DNA from: an uncultured Candidatus Saccharibacteria bacterium
Lineage (GTDB): Bacteria > Patescibacteriota > Minisyncoccia > UBA6257 > UBA11618
Direction of reading: 5' to 3'
NCBI GenBank assembly: GCA_964436175.1
Contig: CAYTBX010000001.1
Coordinates: 24,306 to 88,305 of the forward strand
DNA length: 64,000 nt
How positions within the stretch are numbered: the first letter of the stretch is position 1; each line of letters begins with the position of its first letter. Both the position numbers and the translations under genes were made by a program. The notes beneath the pieces were generated by a model. The model ran no database searches. It had not been told where the DNA came from and saw only the letters and a program-made list of their open reading frames with translations. Positions 18,247 to 27,623 of the stretch are shown here, one piece after another.

Positions 18247-21200
18247 AGATTTTGTCCGTTAGTTCCGCGTGACTGCCCTGATTGATTATCGTTCTTATTC
18301 TTTTCGTCCCGCAAGAAGCTCCGTATCGGTTCGGGGATTACTGGTGTTGGTGGGGGCGTAAGAGGTCCTTGGTAGGCTATGCGTTTCGGTTGATCCGCCG
18401 GCATGAATTTCGGGATGACGCTGATTTGGTTTTCATTTACATTTCGTTCACGCTCCACCATGGTCTTTATCGGCTCTGGTATAGGCGTGGGCTTTTGTTC
18501 CGGTGGCACAAGAGGTCCTTTGTATTCTATTTTATTTTTCGGCTCCCATTCCGCATCGATCGGTTCTGGTGGCTGCCATCCCCTACCTTCGGTTTTAATC
18601 CGTTCATTTTCCTGTTTTACGAGGACATCGAGCTCGGGCGGCGTTACGGGTGTTCCTGCTGGCTTTGTCTCGGGTTGTGGATTAGTCGCAGCTTCCAGGC
18701 TCGCTAGATACTCCTCGCTTAGATCTGCGGCTTGGGGAGTTTTTGCCGTTTCCGGTGTTTCACTTTGGGTTTGCTTAGCCGATTTTCTGAACATTTCGTC
18801 TATCGTAGCTCCGATATCAGGGCCTTTTGAGTTCGCTGGCTCCGTTTCTTCGGGTTCCGTGTACTGAGGTTTATTAGCTGCCGGCTTCGGTTGCGGAGTG
18901 GCTGTGGGAGGTGGTGTTACTGGCTGTGCCGGTTGTTGTGGCGCCAACGTATATGTCGGTGCTGCCGCAGCCGCTCCTCCGGCAGCCGGATCGGGGGGTG
19001 CGGGCGGATTTTGAGGAGGCTTCTGCGGTCCGGCACTCGGCGGATTGCTCCCTCTGTCGTCGTCCTCCCACCATCCTTTTTCTTTTACTTTCGTTTCTTG
19101 CTTTTCCGTTTTCTCTTTCTGCTCTTTCTTCTCTTTTTGCTTTTCTTTGTCGGGGTTGCGCAAGCGATAATCCGTTTCGATTACGCGGAAGGCGTCTTTG
19201 CCTTCGGGCATTCTGACTATAGCCCAGCTTGAATTAGTTGTATTTTCTACGATAGGCTCTGCAAGTGTATCAAGGCGTGCAAGAGTTGCTGGGTCGGCGA
19301 ATGCGTTAAGGTATTCATCTCGTAAAGTCTCAAGAACAGCCCGTTGCTGTTCGGTGTCCGGTTCTTTTTGGAGTTGGCCGATATGTATTCCTTGGAGCTT
19401 GCCGAATATGCGCTTATTACGCAGGATATCCGGATGGATCAGAGATATATCTTTTTCCTTAGAAAAGTTTTTCTTTGCGAAGTCGCTAAGATCCTTTTCG
19501 GTAAATATATATTCACCGGTAATAGCATCCTTTTTATCGATGGTTTTAAGGAATTCATCCCGCTGTTTTCCCTTGTCGGCATCGCTGATGTATTTTAAGT
19601 GGTCATTCGTAAGATTGCGGACAACATCCTTATTACCAAGCAGTTGCGGGGTTAGTGCTGCTGCCGCTTCTTTTTTCGCAAACGTTTTCCCCATGTACTT
19701 ATCGAATTCCGCACTGCCTATTTTCTCCCGTAGGCGGATGATGGTGTCTGAAAACGCATCCCGATGCTCTTTGCTCTTCGGTAGTTTTGCTAGTTGATCG
19801 CCAGAAAGGCGCCTCACCACCTCAAGGTCCTCAAGTGCCTCCACTGGCAGGTCATCCCCATCTTCTGGCTTAAAGGCTTTAATAGCATCATCAAACTTCT
19901 TGCCGTCTTCTTTGTTGACGTATTCATCACCCTCCTTTTCTATATTCAAGCCGAATTTGCTGTAGAGGTGAGGCGCCTTCTTTAATATATCCGCGACAAA
20001 ACCGTAGCGTTTGAGGGCGGGAATGAATTCGTCTAATTTTTCCTGCGATACGTTTTTTTCGTCATCGCTGTTGTTCAGGAGTCCGCGCGCAACGCCTTCT
20101 TTCGCGAAGGCCGCCATGCGTTCGGAACTTAGCTTGATATCGGGATTATAAATAGCATTTCTTAGTTGTACATCGCCCATGCCCTTAGCTTCGGTTTCGA
20201 AGTTGCCGAGATTCTTACTCGTCCCTGCGGCGAATTTATTGATTTGCGGCGCAAAGCGGCTAATGAGAGGAATGCGTTGCAAGAATCCTGCAAGTTGGTT
20301 TCCGCGGTTATTTTCTTTCGTTCCGTCTCCGCCGCCGCTCAAGTACTTGCGGCCCGCCCATGCGGGGGCGCCCGTTGCCGCGCCTATTGCCCAGCCCTTT
20401 AATCCCTGCGCCCATTTGAGGGCGATTTCGCCGCCTGCGCAGCCGATGTTTCGCGATTCGGTGATTCCCAAAAAGAGCATGGTGAGGACGAGGACCATAT
20501 TCGTAATGGTTTGAAAGGGCGCTGCCATGAGCGAGAGCGTTCTCGTGGCGGTGAGCCCCCCTGGTAATCCCTTCGCCTGCTCGAATGAATTCAGTAGCGT
20601 ATTAATGTCGATAGCTTGCGAAGACCCGAACCCAACCTGCGCCTTGATCTGCACGAACATAATGACGATGTACATGGAAAACGTCGCGGCGGGCAGGTAT
20701 GTTAGCTGGCAGGTAAATTTTCCGTACCACTTGCCGTAGTAGCTCCGCGTATTGGGGAAGGAATAACAGAGGATGGCGAGGGGCATTACTATAATGAGCC
20801 CCGATAGCTGCGCGAAGCGCCATATGGTTGTGAGCCCCACCATGAGCATGCCGAGCGCGGCGAACGCGGTGAAGAGTGCGACGAAAAAGACGGAAAGTAT
20901 GCCTTCTAGTATGCCGTCGCCCTTGAGTGATTCGTATGCCTGTAGTCCGTCGCTCGTTACGAGGAGCTTTTGGGGGTTGAATGCCGAGGCGAGCGTTTCG
21001 GTAAATTGCTTCATACCCTCCCATGACCCCGCCACACCTCCTCCGCCGAGCGCGGCGTTCACGAAAAAGTTAGTGAGCATGTTCGATATGTCTATAAGGA
21101 ACCCCGCGATAGAGAAGCTGAAGTTAACGAGCACCGCTGCGAGGATGAAGTTCTTTATAAGGTTCTTCATGCCGTAGCTTTCGTAGCCGAGCATGGTGGC

Positions 21201-21692
21201 GTAGGCGATTACGACGATGCCTATCGTGAACCCGAGGTTCGCGAGGTCGCGGCAGAAGCGCCAGCCGAGCTGTACGACTTCGCTATCGAGGATAGTGGTA
21301 TTGAGATAGAGACCGAACGTAACGAGGACACTCGCAAGCGTGAAAGCCGTTGAGCCGATGAAGCCGGCGATATAGCTGACGGCAAAAAGCACGTAGCCGA
21401 TACCCTTGAGGCCGATCCAGCCGATGAACGACCCGCCGATGCCGGCAGCTGCCTCTGCGATCTTAGGGACTATACCGCTTATGAGCGGTCCGGTGCCGGA
21501 CCCGGTCACCGTTTGCGCGAGCGGGATAGCGATGCTTGAGGGGATGAGTCCGCCGGTAAATGCACTGATCGCTCCGCCAGCAGCTGCTTGTCCTATTGTC
21601 GGTGCTTGCGTTTGCGCATGCGTTGAAAGCGCCGCCCCGAAAAGAAGGGTGGTTGTCGTTATCGTAAGGATTGTTTTTAGGAACTTATGCAT
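18243..21692 (-). CDS. VirB6/TrbL-like polytopic membrane protein with a roughly 550-aa hydrophilic C-terminal extension
   Basis: 1149 aa. A signal peptide and many TM helices occupy the first ~600 aa. The C-terminus has a KE-rich block (KEKQKEKKEQKEKTEKQETKVKEK), a Pro-rich block, and a ~35-aa tandem repeat (YKGPLVPPEQKPTPIPEPIKTMVERERNVNENQ / YQGPLTPPPTPVIPEPIRSFLRDEKNKNDNQ). Confidence 0.65.
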   Translation of the reverse strand: MHKFLKTILTITTTTLLFGAALSTHAQTQAPTIGQAAAGGAISAFTGGLIPSSIAIPLAQTVTGSGTGPLISGIVPKIAEAAAGIGGSFIGWIGLKGIGYVLFAVSYIAGFIGSTAFTLASVLVTFGLYLNTTILDSEVVQLGWRFCRDLANLGFTIGIVVIAYATMLGYESYGMKNLIKNFILAAVLVNFSFSIAGFLIDISNMLTNFFVNAALGGGGVAGSWEGMKQFTETLASAFNPQKLLVTSDGLQAYESLKGDGILEGILSVFFVALFTAFAALGMLMVGLTTIWRFAQLSGLIIVMPLAILCYSFPNTRSYYGKWYGKFTCQLTYLPAATFSMYIVIMFVQIKAQVGFGSSQAIDINTLLNSFEQAKGLPGGLTATRTLSLMAAPFQTITNMVLVLTMLFLGITESRNIGCAGGEIALKWAQGLKGWAIGAATGAPAWAGRKYLSGGGDGTKENNRGNQLAGFLQRIPLISRFAPQINKFAAGTSKNLGNFETEAKGMGDVQLRNAIYNPDIKLSSERMAAFAKEGVARGLLNNSDDEKNVSQEKLDEFIPALKRYGFVADILKKAPHLYSKFGLNIEKEGDEYVNKEDGKKFDDAIKAFKPEDGDDLPVEALEDLEVVRRLSGDQLAKLPKSKEHRDAFSDTIIRLREKIGSAEFDKYMGKTFAKKEAAAALTPQLLGNKDVVRNLTNDHLKYISDADKGKQRDEFLKTIDKKDAITGEYIFTEKDLSDFAKKNFSKEKDISLIHPDILRNKRIFGKLQGIHIGQLQKEPDTEQQRAVLETLRDEYLNAFADPATLARLDTLAEPIVENTTNSSWAIVRMPEGKDAFRVIETDYRLRNPDKEKQKEKKEQKEKTEKQETKVKEKGWWEDDDRGSNPPSAGPQKPPQNPPAPPDPAAGGAAAAAPTYTLAPQQPAQPVTPPPTATPQPKPAANKPQYTEPEETEPANSKGPDIGATIDEMFRKSAKQTQSETPETAKTPQAADLSEEYLASLEAATNPQPETKPAGTPVTPPELDVLVKQENERIKTEGRGWQPPEPIDAEWEPKNKIEYKGPLVPPEQKPTPIPEPIKTMVERERNVNENQISVIPKFMPADQPKRIAYQGPLTPPPTPVIPEPIRSFLRDEKNKNDNQSGQSRGTNGQNL

Positions 21693-23053
21693 CTCTGTAA
21701 TAGCGTTTGCAGTTCGGGTAGGCGCGTTGCCGAACGGGCCGTAAGGCTAGCGCGGTCTGCCTTAGTTTTTGCGGCGTACGCCTCCGCTTGCGACTTATTG
21801 ATAAGGCGGCCTACGCCCGCGGGGCCTGTCATATAGCTCGCGAGCACATCGAGGTCGGTGCTCGTTTCGTTCATGAGCGTGTTTTTGGCGTTCGTGAGAG
21901 GTGTCGTATTTTGCTGTAATTGGCTAATTGCTGTCGTAATATCCTCAAGCGCCTTTTGTTCCACGGCGAGTGCGGTTATGGTGGTCTCCCTGCCGCTCGT
22001 TCCCCTGCCAGCTTGGCAATTATTAAGTTCACTCGTTTTGTTAACGAGGGTCTGCTGCGTCGTTTGCAGGGCGAGCAAGTCCGTCTGTGCGGCTAAGAGG
22101 GGCGTTAGGGTATCTTCGATTTGCGCCATGTAGCTCACCTTTACGGCGGTCGCGTTACCCGCCTTGTATCCTTCGAGTGCGCGGCAGGCGTTTAAGGCGT
22201 CGCCCGTAAGGCCTGAGCATGGCGCGGCGTTCGTCGGTTGCCTGGGCACGTAGCCGATTTGCGGGGCGTTCGCGGATACCACGCCCTGGAAGCCGTTTAC
22301 GCCTTCGCGTATGACGCGGTTTATAAGCGCGTCTGAAATCGCGGCGATATACGCCGCCATGCTCTTGGAATTAACGATATAGTCGAGGTCGGCGCCGATT
22401 ACTTTCGCGGCGGCGGCGCCAAGCTGCATACCCGGTGTCACGATATAGCAGCGGCCGAATTCGTCGCACTTCTGTTGGCCCAAAAAGCCGTTGTTGGCCT
22501 GCACCTGCTGGTTGGCGGCGAAGCGCTTATCGGCTATGCGCGTTTCTTTTTCGTCCATGGCAAGAAGAAGCCCCCCGTAGAAGTTGTTTCGCGGTTGCCA
22601 TTGCTCGCGGTACGCCACGAAGCCGCCGGTTGAAAAGTTGGCGTAGAAGCCCGCCATATTACGCACTATTTGGTCTAAGGTGCACCGTACTTGGCCGGAG
22701 AAACGCGGTGGCTGAAGCACGGCGATTTGGAGTTGTATGCCGAAGGGTTTGCAGATGCCGGCGAGTTTCATTTCCGCGAGGATATCCCCTGTTACGATGT
22801 TGCCGTATTGCGCGAGGAACGCGTTCCAGTCCTGTATGAATAATGGCTTTCCGCCACCTTGGATCCAGTTGACCATTTGGTCAACGACCATGTCGAAAAA
22901 GCGTTTTTTTATGGTTTCTTGTATAGCTTCGGCTGCTAAGGCGACGGCGGTTTCTGCGCCGAATTGGGCGTGCGCTTGTTGTACGGGAAGCGCGGGCAAG
23001 GCGCTTATAAGGGCGAGTGCTATAGCGAGTGGGGCGAGGAAGCGGCGTTTCAT
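21677..23053 (-). CDS. Secreted hypothetical protein of the T4SS-like locus
   Basis: 458 aa with a signal peptide (MKRRFLAPLAIALALISALPA), several Cys, and a Q/T-rich helical C-terminus. Confidence 0.55.
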   Translation of the reverse strand: MKRRFLAPLAIALALISALPALPVQQAHAQFGAETAVALAAEAIQETIKKRFFDMVVDQMVNWIQGGGKPLFIQDWNAFLAQYGNIVTGDILAEMKLAGICKPFGIQLQIAVLQPPRFSGQVRCTLDQIVRNMAGFYANFSTGGFVAYREQWQPRNNFYGGLLLAMDEKETRIADKRFAANQQVQANNGFLGQQKCDEFGRCYIVTPGMQLGAAAAKVIGADLDYIVNSKSMAAYIAAISDALINRVIREGVNGFQGVVSANAPQIGYVPRQPTNAAPCSGLTGDALNACRALEGYKAGNATAVKVSYMAQIEDTLTPLLAAQTDLLALQTTQQTLVNKTSELNNCQAGRGTSGRETTITALAVEQKALEDITTAISQLQQNTTPLTNAKNTLMNETSTDLDVLASYMTGPAGVGRLINKSQAEAYAAKTKADRASLTARSATRLPELQTLLQRCISS

Positions 23054-23799
23054 TTGATCGTTTCCAGTAACTTGAGCGCGAGCATGGCGTAGATCGGGTC
23101 ATTTTCATAATCCGCAACCGCCTCGAAAATACGCTGCTTGCCGAGCGCGCGGCGGATCGCCTGCGTATACTCCGTAATGAGCGCCGGCGGCACGGCGAGG
23201 GCGCGCAGGGATGTCGCTTCCGCCTCGTAACGCTTCGCAAATATTTTCATCTGGCTTGCGACGGGGTCGTCTATGGGCGGCGGAGGCTCCGATTCCGTTT
23301 TTCCCGTAATGCTCGCGGCTGCGGCGCGGTATGCGGTAGTGGATTGTGCGTCGTCCACCGTTAGCTCCGCTTGGGTTATTTCAGGAAAGAAGTAGGCGGT
23401 ATTAAAACTCTTCATGGACTCCGTGACTGCGGCTTCCGCCATGCCGTCCGCACCCATAACGGTAAGGTTGTCCCCCACGGGCCCTTCGGGGTTTTTATCG
23501 ACGATGTTTTTACCGATGAGGGAGGCGAGGTTTGCCGTAAGGTTAGTGCTCGCGCTCACATTCGCTTGTGGGGTTGCTATAGCCGTTGTTTCAACTGGCG
23601 CTTCTGCGGTGGTCGGCACTGGTTCGCCGATGGCGTTTTGTAATGGGTCTGGTTTGCGAGCGGCTTCTATAGAACCCTCTTTTTCCGCAGTGGAATGTAT
23701 TTTATCGCGCGCGACAGTATTGCCGAACACGACAACGCCGGTGAAAATGCCCGCGGATACGAAAAACAACAGGCCTGCTTTTGCTTTGAGCCCTAACAC
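23050..23799 (-). CDS. Bitopic membrane protein with VirB8-like topology (GTG start); the first gene of the operon
   Basis: 249 aa with an N-terminal TM segment (LLFFVSAGIFTGVVVFG) and an extracytoplasmic domain. Confidence 0.45.
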   Translation of the reverse strand: MLGLKAKAGLLFFVSAGIFTGVVVFGNTVARDKIHSTAEKEGSIEAARKPDPLQNAIGEPVPTTAEAPVETTAIATPQANVSASTNLTANLASLIGKNIVDKNPEGPVGDNLTVMGADGMAEAAVTESMKSFNTAYFFPEITQAELTVDDAQSTTAYRAAAASITGKTESEPPPPIDDPVASQMKIFAKRYEAEATSLRALAVPPALITEYTQAIRRALGKQRIFEAVADYENDPIYAMLALKLLETIK

Positions 23800-23835
23800 C
23801 CTCTTAGGATAGCGCAGAAAATACGATAGAAGTTA

Positions 23836-24255
23836 GTGGATAACTGGTCATGCGAGCGCCCCAGCCGTAATCTTTTCTCGTCGGACCGTAAGCACTGCGG
23901 CAACCCGCTGCACCGCATGCAAATGCAACCTCTATCGTCGTCTAAGGCGACAGTAAAAATCGAACTCGCCCTCCGCGCGAAGCGCTGCGGAACTCACACA
24001 GCGATTTTTACTCGCCTTATTCCGCCTCTTTCGGGCATTTGCTATGCGTCTCCGCTTAGGTTGCCTTAGTGCTCACGGTCCGCCTCGTAACGCCCTAAAA
24101 AGCCTCATTTTACTAGCTTTTCAGCCGCTATGCTTGACATTTTGATAAATAAGGTGGTATTATAATATCGTGCAGTAGAGACAGTTCTTCACATGGTTTT
24201 CGGCTTAATTGCCGACCCGCTCCCACGGGTTACTCGGGAAAAAAGGAACCTTGCT
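23836..24255 (+). repeat. Copy A of a ~400-bp diverged direct repeat, a bidirectional regulatory module
   Basis: Aligns with 31515-31919 in the same orientation with short indels. It has a conserved block 1 (23836-24075) and block 2 (24131-24255), the latter comprising a promoter plus a ~85-nt leader ending in an AAGGAA SD. Confidence 0.7.
24134..24166 (+). promoter_or_regulatory. Promoter TTGACA-N18-TATTAT(aat) inside repeat copy A
   Basis: ttgaca at 24134-24139 and tattat at 24158-24163, overlapping tataat at 24161-24166. Confidence 0.5.
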
Positions 24256-24714
24256 ATGGAATCGTATCCGCTACCCAATCAGGTTTTTGAGTTGTCGATC
24301 GAAGTCCCATTCCCTGGTATTGATGTGGCGCATGCTAATGGCCATATCCATACCACATGGCGATTCGTCGGGGACGAAATTACCCAAGCAGAAACGAGAT
24401 GCTTTAAGCTCGTTTCGATCGGCGCTCAAAAAGACTTTAGCACAGCAAAGCAAGAGCTTCGTGGTCACGGATATCTGCCCCCTGCTCAATATGTTGAGGC
24501 TTTTCGGGCGAGGTTTCCCAAGAACGACAAGAAGGGGTCGATCAACGTCGGTGATTCGGTGTTTATTGATCCATGCGGTCGACCTTGCTTCGCTACGATC
24601 AGGCAGGGTAACTACATCGATCTTCAAGAGATCCATGCGGGCCCCGTCGACAATCCGAAGCCTTACTGGTTTCCCGATAGCGATCGATATCTCGTAGAAG
24701 TGAGAGACGCCTAG
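24256..24714 (+). CDS. Hypothetical protein (152 aa) expressed from the conserved leader
   Basis: The SD aaggaa lies 7-8 nt upstream. The ORF-track start at 24193 is a conserved upstream ATG that lacks an SD. Confidence 0.55.
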   Translation: MESYPLPNQVFELSIEVPFPGIDVAHANGHIHTTWRFVGDEITQAETRCFKLVSIGAQKDFSTAKQELRGHGYLPPAQYVEAFRARFPKNDKKGSINVGDSVFIDPCGRPCFATIRQGNYIDLQEIHAGPVDNPKPYWFPDSDRYLVEVRDA

Positions 24715-24764
24715 GGGGTCTAGGCACGCGAACAATCTCACGCGTAACAAAAATGAGAAACAAT

Positions 24765-24800
24765 AACCCCTTGCCGGTTTCGGCGAGGGGCTTTTCTTTT
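24765..24800. terminator. Terminator hairpin between two convergent genes
   Basis: aacccc-ttgccg-gtttc-ggcgaggggcttttcttttttt. Confidence 0.5.
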
Positions 24801-24801
24801 T

Positions 24802-25617
24802 TTAATGCGTTAGCGCGGAGATTTTTTGGATTGTTTCGATGGCGAGGTTTTCGGGGCGTTCGGTGCCGAGGAGACCAGCTTGGGTTAAGAGGGTGAGGGC
24901 TTTTTCTTTAGGGATGTTGAAGCCGTCTGCAAGGTTATTGAGAATTGTTTTGCGGGGTTGTTGAAAAAGGATGCCGACCGTTTCGTAGTAGTTCGCGAGG
25001 GCTATGCCCGTAAGTGAGTCGGCTTTGGTTTCGATTGCGATGATTGCGGAGTCGATTGAGGGTGGTGGGTTGAAGTCCGTTGGTTTTAATTTCATTGCTA
25101 TGTGCGGCGTGCCCCAGATTTGCACGCATGCGGAGAGCCTATTCATGTCTGGGGCTGTAGAGCAGATGCGCAGGGCAACTTCTTTTTGGATGGTGAAGAC
25201 GGTGCGGAGGGGTTTGTTTTGCATATCGCCTACTATGCGGAGTAAATAACCCGTGATGTAGTACGGGATGTTGCCGGCGAGGACGTAGGGCGTTTTAAGA
25301 TCCGCGATGATGGGCGCGAGGTCTTTGAGTGCGTCCCCTTCCGTGACGGTAAGGCGATCAGCTAATTCTTGGGTCGTTCCGACACTGCGGTATTTTTCTT
25401 TAAGTAGTTCTGCGAGCTCGCGATCTTTTTCTATGACGATAATTTTTTTCGCGGGCGATGCGATAAGTAAATCAGTGAGCTCCCCGTGGCCCGGACCTAC
25501 TTCAATGACGGTGTCTTCCTCGGTAATCTTTAGTGATTCAACAACTGTTAAGAGCGCCTTTTTGTTTATCAAAAAATGCTGCCCGAGGGATTTTTTTGCT
25601 TTAGGTTCGGAGTTCAT
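24802..25617 (-). CDS. rsmA: 16S rRNA (adenine1518/1519-N6)-dimethyltransferase
   Basis: LGQHFLINKKALLTVVESL...IEVGPGHGELTDLL. Confidence 0.9.
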   Translation of the reverse strand: MNSEPKAKKSLGQHFLINKKALLTVVESLKITEEDTVIEVGPGHGELTDLLIASPAKKIIVIEKDRELAELLKEKYRSVGTTQELADRLTVTEGDALKDLAPIIADLKTPYVLAGNIPYYITGYLLRIVGDMQNKPLRTVFTIQKEVALRICSTAPDMNRLSACVQIWGTPHIAMKLKPTDFNPPPSIDSAIIAIETKADSLTGIALANYYETVGILFQQPRKTILNNLADGFNIPKEKALTLLTQAGLLGTERPENLAIETIQKISALTH

Positions 25618-25776
25618 CTTTAAAATAGGCCGCAGGCGGTTTCGCGGTATTTACGAGCGAGAAACGGGATCTTTCGACGAGGAATACCGAGGTATTCCGA
25701 GGAGAAAATCGCGGTTCGCAGCCGGAAATAACCGGAAGCGGCGCGGATTTTTCCTAAGCTATTTTTAAGATGAGCT

Positions 25777-27576
25777 CTAGTCATAGTCGAGCCACATTTC
25801 TTCTTCGTCGGGCATGCCTTGGCGGTTAGCTCGATTGGACGAAACTTTATTATTTACGAATTCTACCAAGTCGCCGGATATCTCGTAGAGGAATCTTGAC
25901 GGGACGTTTGAGAACGACATATGCAAATGCTTCGCCGCGCGGGTGATGGCTACGTACATAAGCCGCCGTTCTTCCTCCATTTCACCGCCACTTGATAATG
26001 CGCGGTGGTGCGGCAAGGTGCCCTCGCCTACGCCCGCAACGAACACGCTTTCGAATTCGAGCCCCTTCGACATGTGGATGCTCATGAGGTTTACGCCCGT
26101 CTTCCCGCTCGGGTTGTCGTGGCTCTGCGCTAAGGTTGCTTGCTCTAAAAACGCAGCAAGGCCGTCTTTAGCGAAGTCGCGCGCGAAGGTGAGGAGTCCT
26201 TGTACGTTTTCAATGCGCTCCTGCGAATTCTTGTAATTGTTCTTTAAGTAATCGAGGTAGTTGGTATTCGATACGAAGTAGTCGATGATTTCGCTTGGCG
26301 ACGCGGAGCCCATTTTAGGGAGAGCGTCTATAAGGAGGCGGCTTTTGCCTTTGGAAAAGTTCTTGTCGAGCCTATCGGCACTTACGCTATCTAGCGGATT
26401 CGCCGCCAAGCGCAAGCCCGCCACGATATCTTTAATTTCTTTACGTTCGTAAAAGCGGATGCCGCCGAACATGCGGTATGGCACGCCTGCGGATATGAGC
26501 GCTTGTTCTATTGGCCGTGACTGGGCATTCGTGCGGTAGATAACAGCCATGGATTCGAGCGACTTACCCTTTCTCCAGTTCGTGATCGCCGTTTTTACTA
26601 TCCACTCCGCTTCCATATATTCGTTTTCCGCGGCGAAGACTTGTATCTTTTCGCCCTGCGCGTTTTTCGTCCAGAGGTTTTTCTTGCGCTGGGTTTTGTT
26701 GTGACCTATTACGTCGTTTGCGGCTTCCAAGATTAACGGCGTCGAGCGGTAGTTTTCTTCGAGCATGACGATCTTTGCGGCCGGCCAGTCGCGTTCGAAG
26801 TTAAGGAAGTTGCGGAAGTCCGCGCCGCGGAAGGCGTAGATGGACTGCGCGTCGTCCCCCACTACGCTTAAGTTGCCGTGGCCGCCGGCGAGGCAACGCA
26901 CGAGCTCGTACTGCGCGGCGTTGATGTCTTGGTATTCGTCGATTAGTACGTGGTCGTATTTGCCGCGGTAGAGTTCGAGTACCTCGGGGTAATTACGGAA
27001 TAATTGTACGGGCTTTTCGATGAGGTCATCGAAGTCGAACGCGTTATTTTCCTTAAGGAGGTTTTCGTAGTCCTCGTAGCAGGCGCGGGCGGTATCGGGG
27101 TCTAGGTCGCGCGTCCCTTTAGCCGCCATTTCGGGTGCTATGAATTCGCTCTTCACTTTACCCATGAGTCGCGACAATACGGCGGGGCCGCACGTCTCTT
27201 TAGGCAGGTTGCGGTTCTTGCCGATTTTTTTAAGGAGCGAGCCAGTATCGTCTTCGTCGAAGATGGTAAAGCCTACGCTGCGGCCTAAGCGGCGCGCTTC
27301 GGCGCGCAGGAGGCGTGCGCCGAACGAGTGGAACGTGCCGATGAAAAGTTCTTTCGGGGCGCCTGCGCGTTTCTTCATTTCTTCCGCCGCCTTGTTCGTA
27401 AAGGTGATAGCGAGGATGCGCGCCGGCGGCACCTTCAAGTCGTTCAAAAGATAGTGGAGACGCTGCGTAAGGGTATGCGTTTTGCCGCTTCCGGCGCCCG
27501 CAGCAATAAGGAGTGGCCCTCCCTTGTGGTAGGCCGCTTCTGCTTGCCGGTCGTTCATATTTTTGCTAGTATTCAT
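25777..27576 (-). CDS. uvrD: UvrD/PcrA-family SF1 DNA helicase (short form, 599 aa)
   Basis: AGAGSGKTHTLTQR, ILAITFTNKAAEEMKKR, VLIDEYQDIN. Confidence 0.85.
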   Translation of the reverse strand: MNTSKNMNDRQAEAAYHKGGPLLIAAGAGSGKTHTLTQRLHYLLNDLKVPPARILAITFTNKAAEEMKKRAGAPKELFIGTFHSFGARLLRAEARRLGRSVGFTIFDEDDTGSLLKKIGKNRNLPKETCGPAVLSRLMGKVKSEFIAPEMAAKGTRDLDPDTARACYEDYENLLKENNAFDFDDLIEKPVQLFRNYPEVLELYRGKYDHVLIDEYQDINAAQYELVRCLAGGHGNLSVVGDDAQSIYAFRGADFRNFLNFERDWPAAKIVMLEENYRSTPLILEAANDVIGHNKTQRKKNLWTKNAQGEKIQVFAAENEYMEAEWIVKTAITNWRKGKSLESMAVIYRTNAQSRPIEQALISAGVPYRMFGGIRFYERKEIKDIVAGLRLAANPLDSVSADRLDKNFSKGKSRLLIDALPKMGSASPSEIIDYFVSNTNYLDYLKNNYKNSQERIENVQGLLTFARDFAKDGLAAFLEQATLAQSHDNPSGKTGVNLMSIHMSKGLEFESVFVAGVGEGTLPHHRALSSGGEMEEERRLMYVAITRAAKHLHMSFSNVPSRFLYEISGDLVEFVNNKVSSNRANRQGMPDEEEMWLDYD

Positions 27577-27623
27577 GTATTAATAGCTTACGCGGAAAAC
27601 TGAATTTTTTAAGAAATAAGACC

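Noticed and set aside
23885-24075. Block 1 of the repeat as a tRNA/tmRNA fragment (an integration-site duplication), or as a retron or DGR element.
   Set aside because: I found no tRNA cloverleaf, T-loop (GGTTCGANTCC) or CCA-adjacent acceptor stem. The window contains no reverse transcriptase or integrase. The two copies are only about 75-80% identical, unlike att-site duplications.
24193-24255. Upstream in-frame ATG at 24193 (the ORF-track start) and the analogous ATG at 31861.
   Set aside because: Neither has a Shine-Dalgarno sequence, and the encoded peptides differ between the two copies because of a 2-nt indel. The downstream ATGs (24256 / 31920) have an AAGGAA SD. I treat the first ATG as part of a conserved leader RNA. 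A short uORF in copy B (ending in an ATGA overlap) remains possible.
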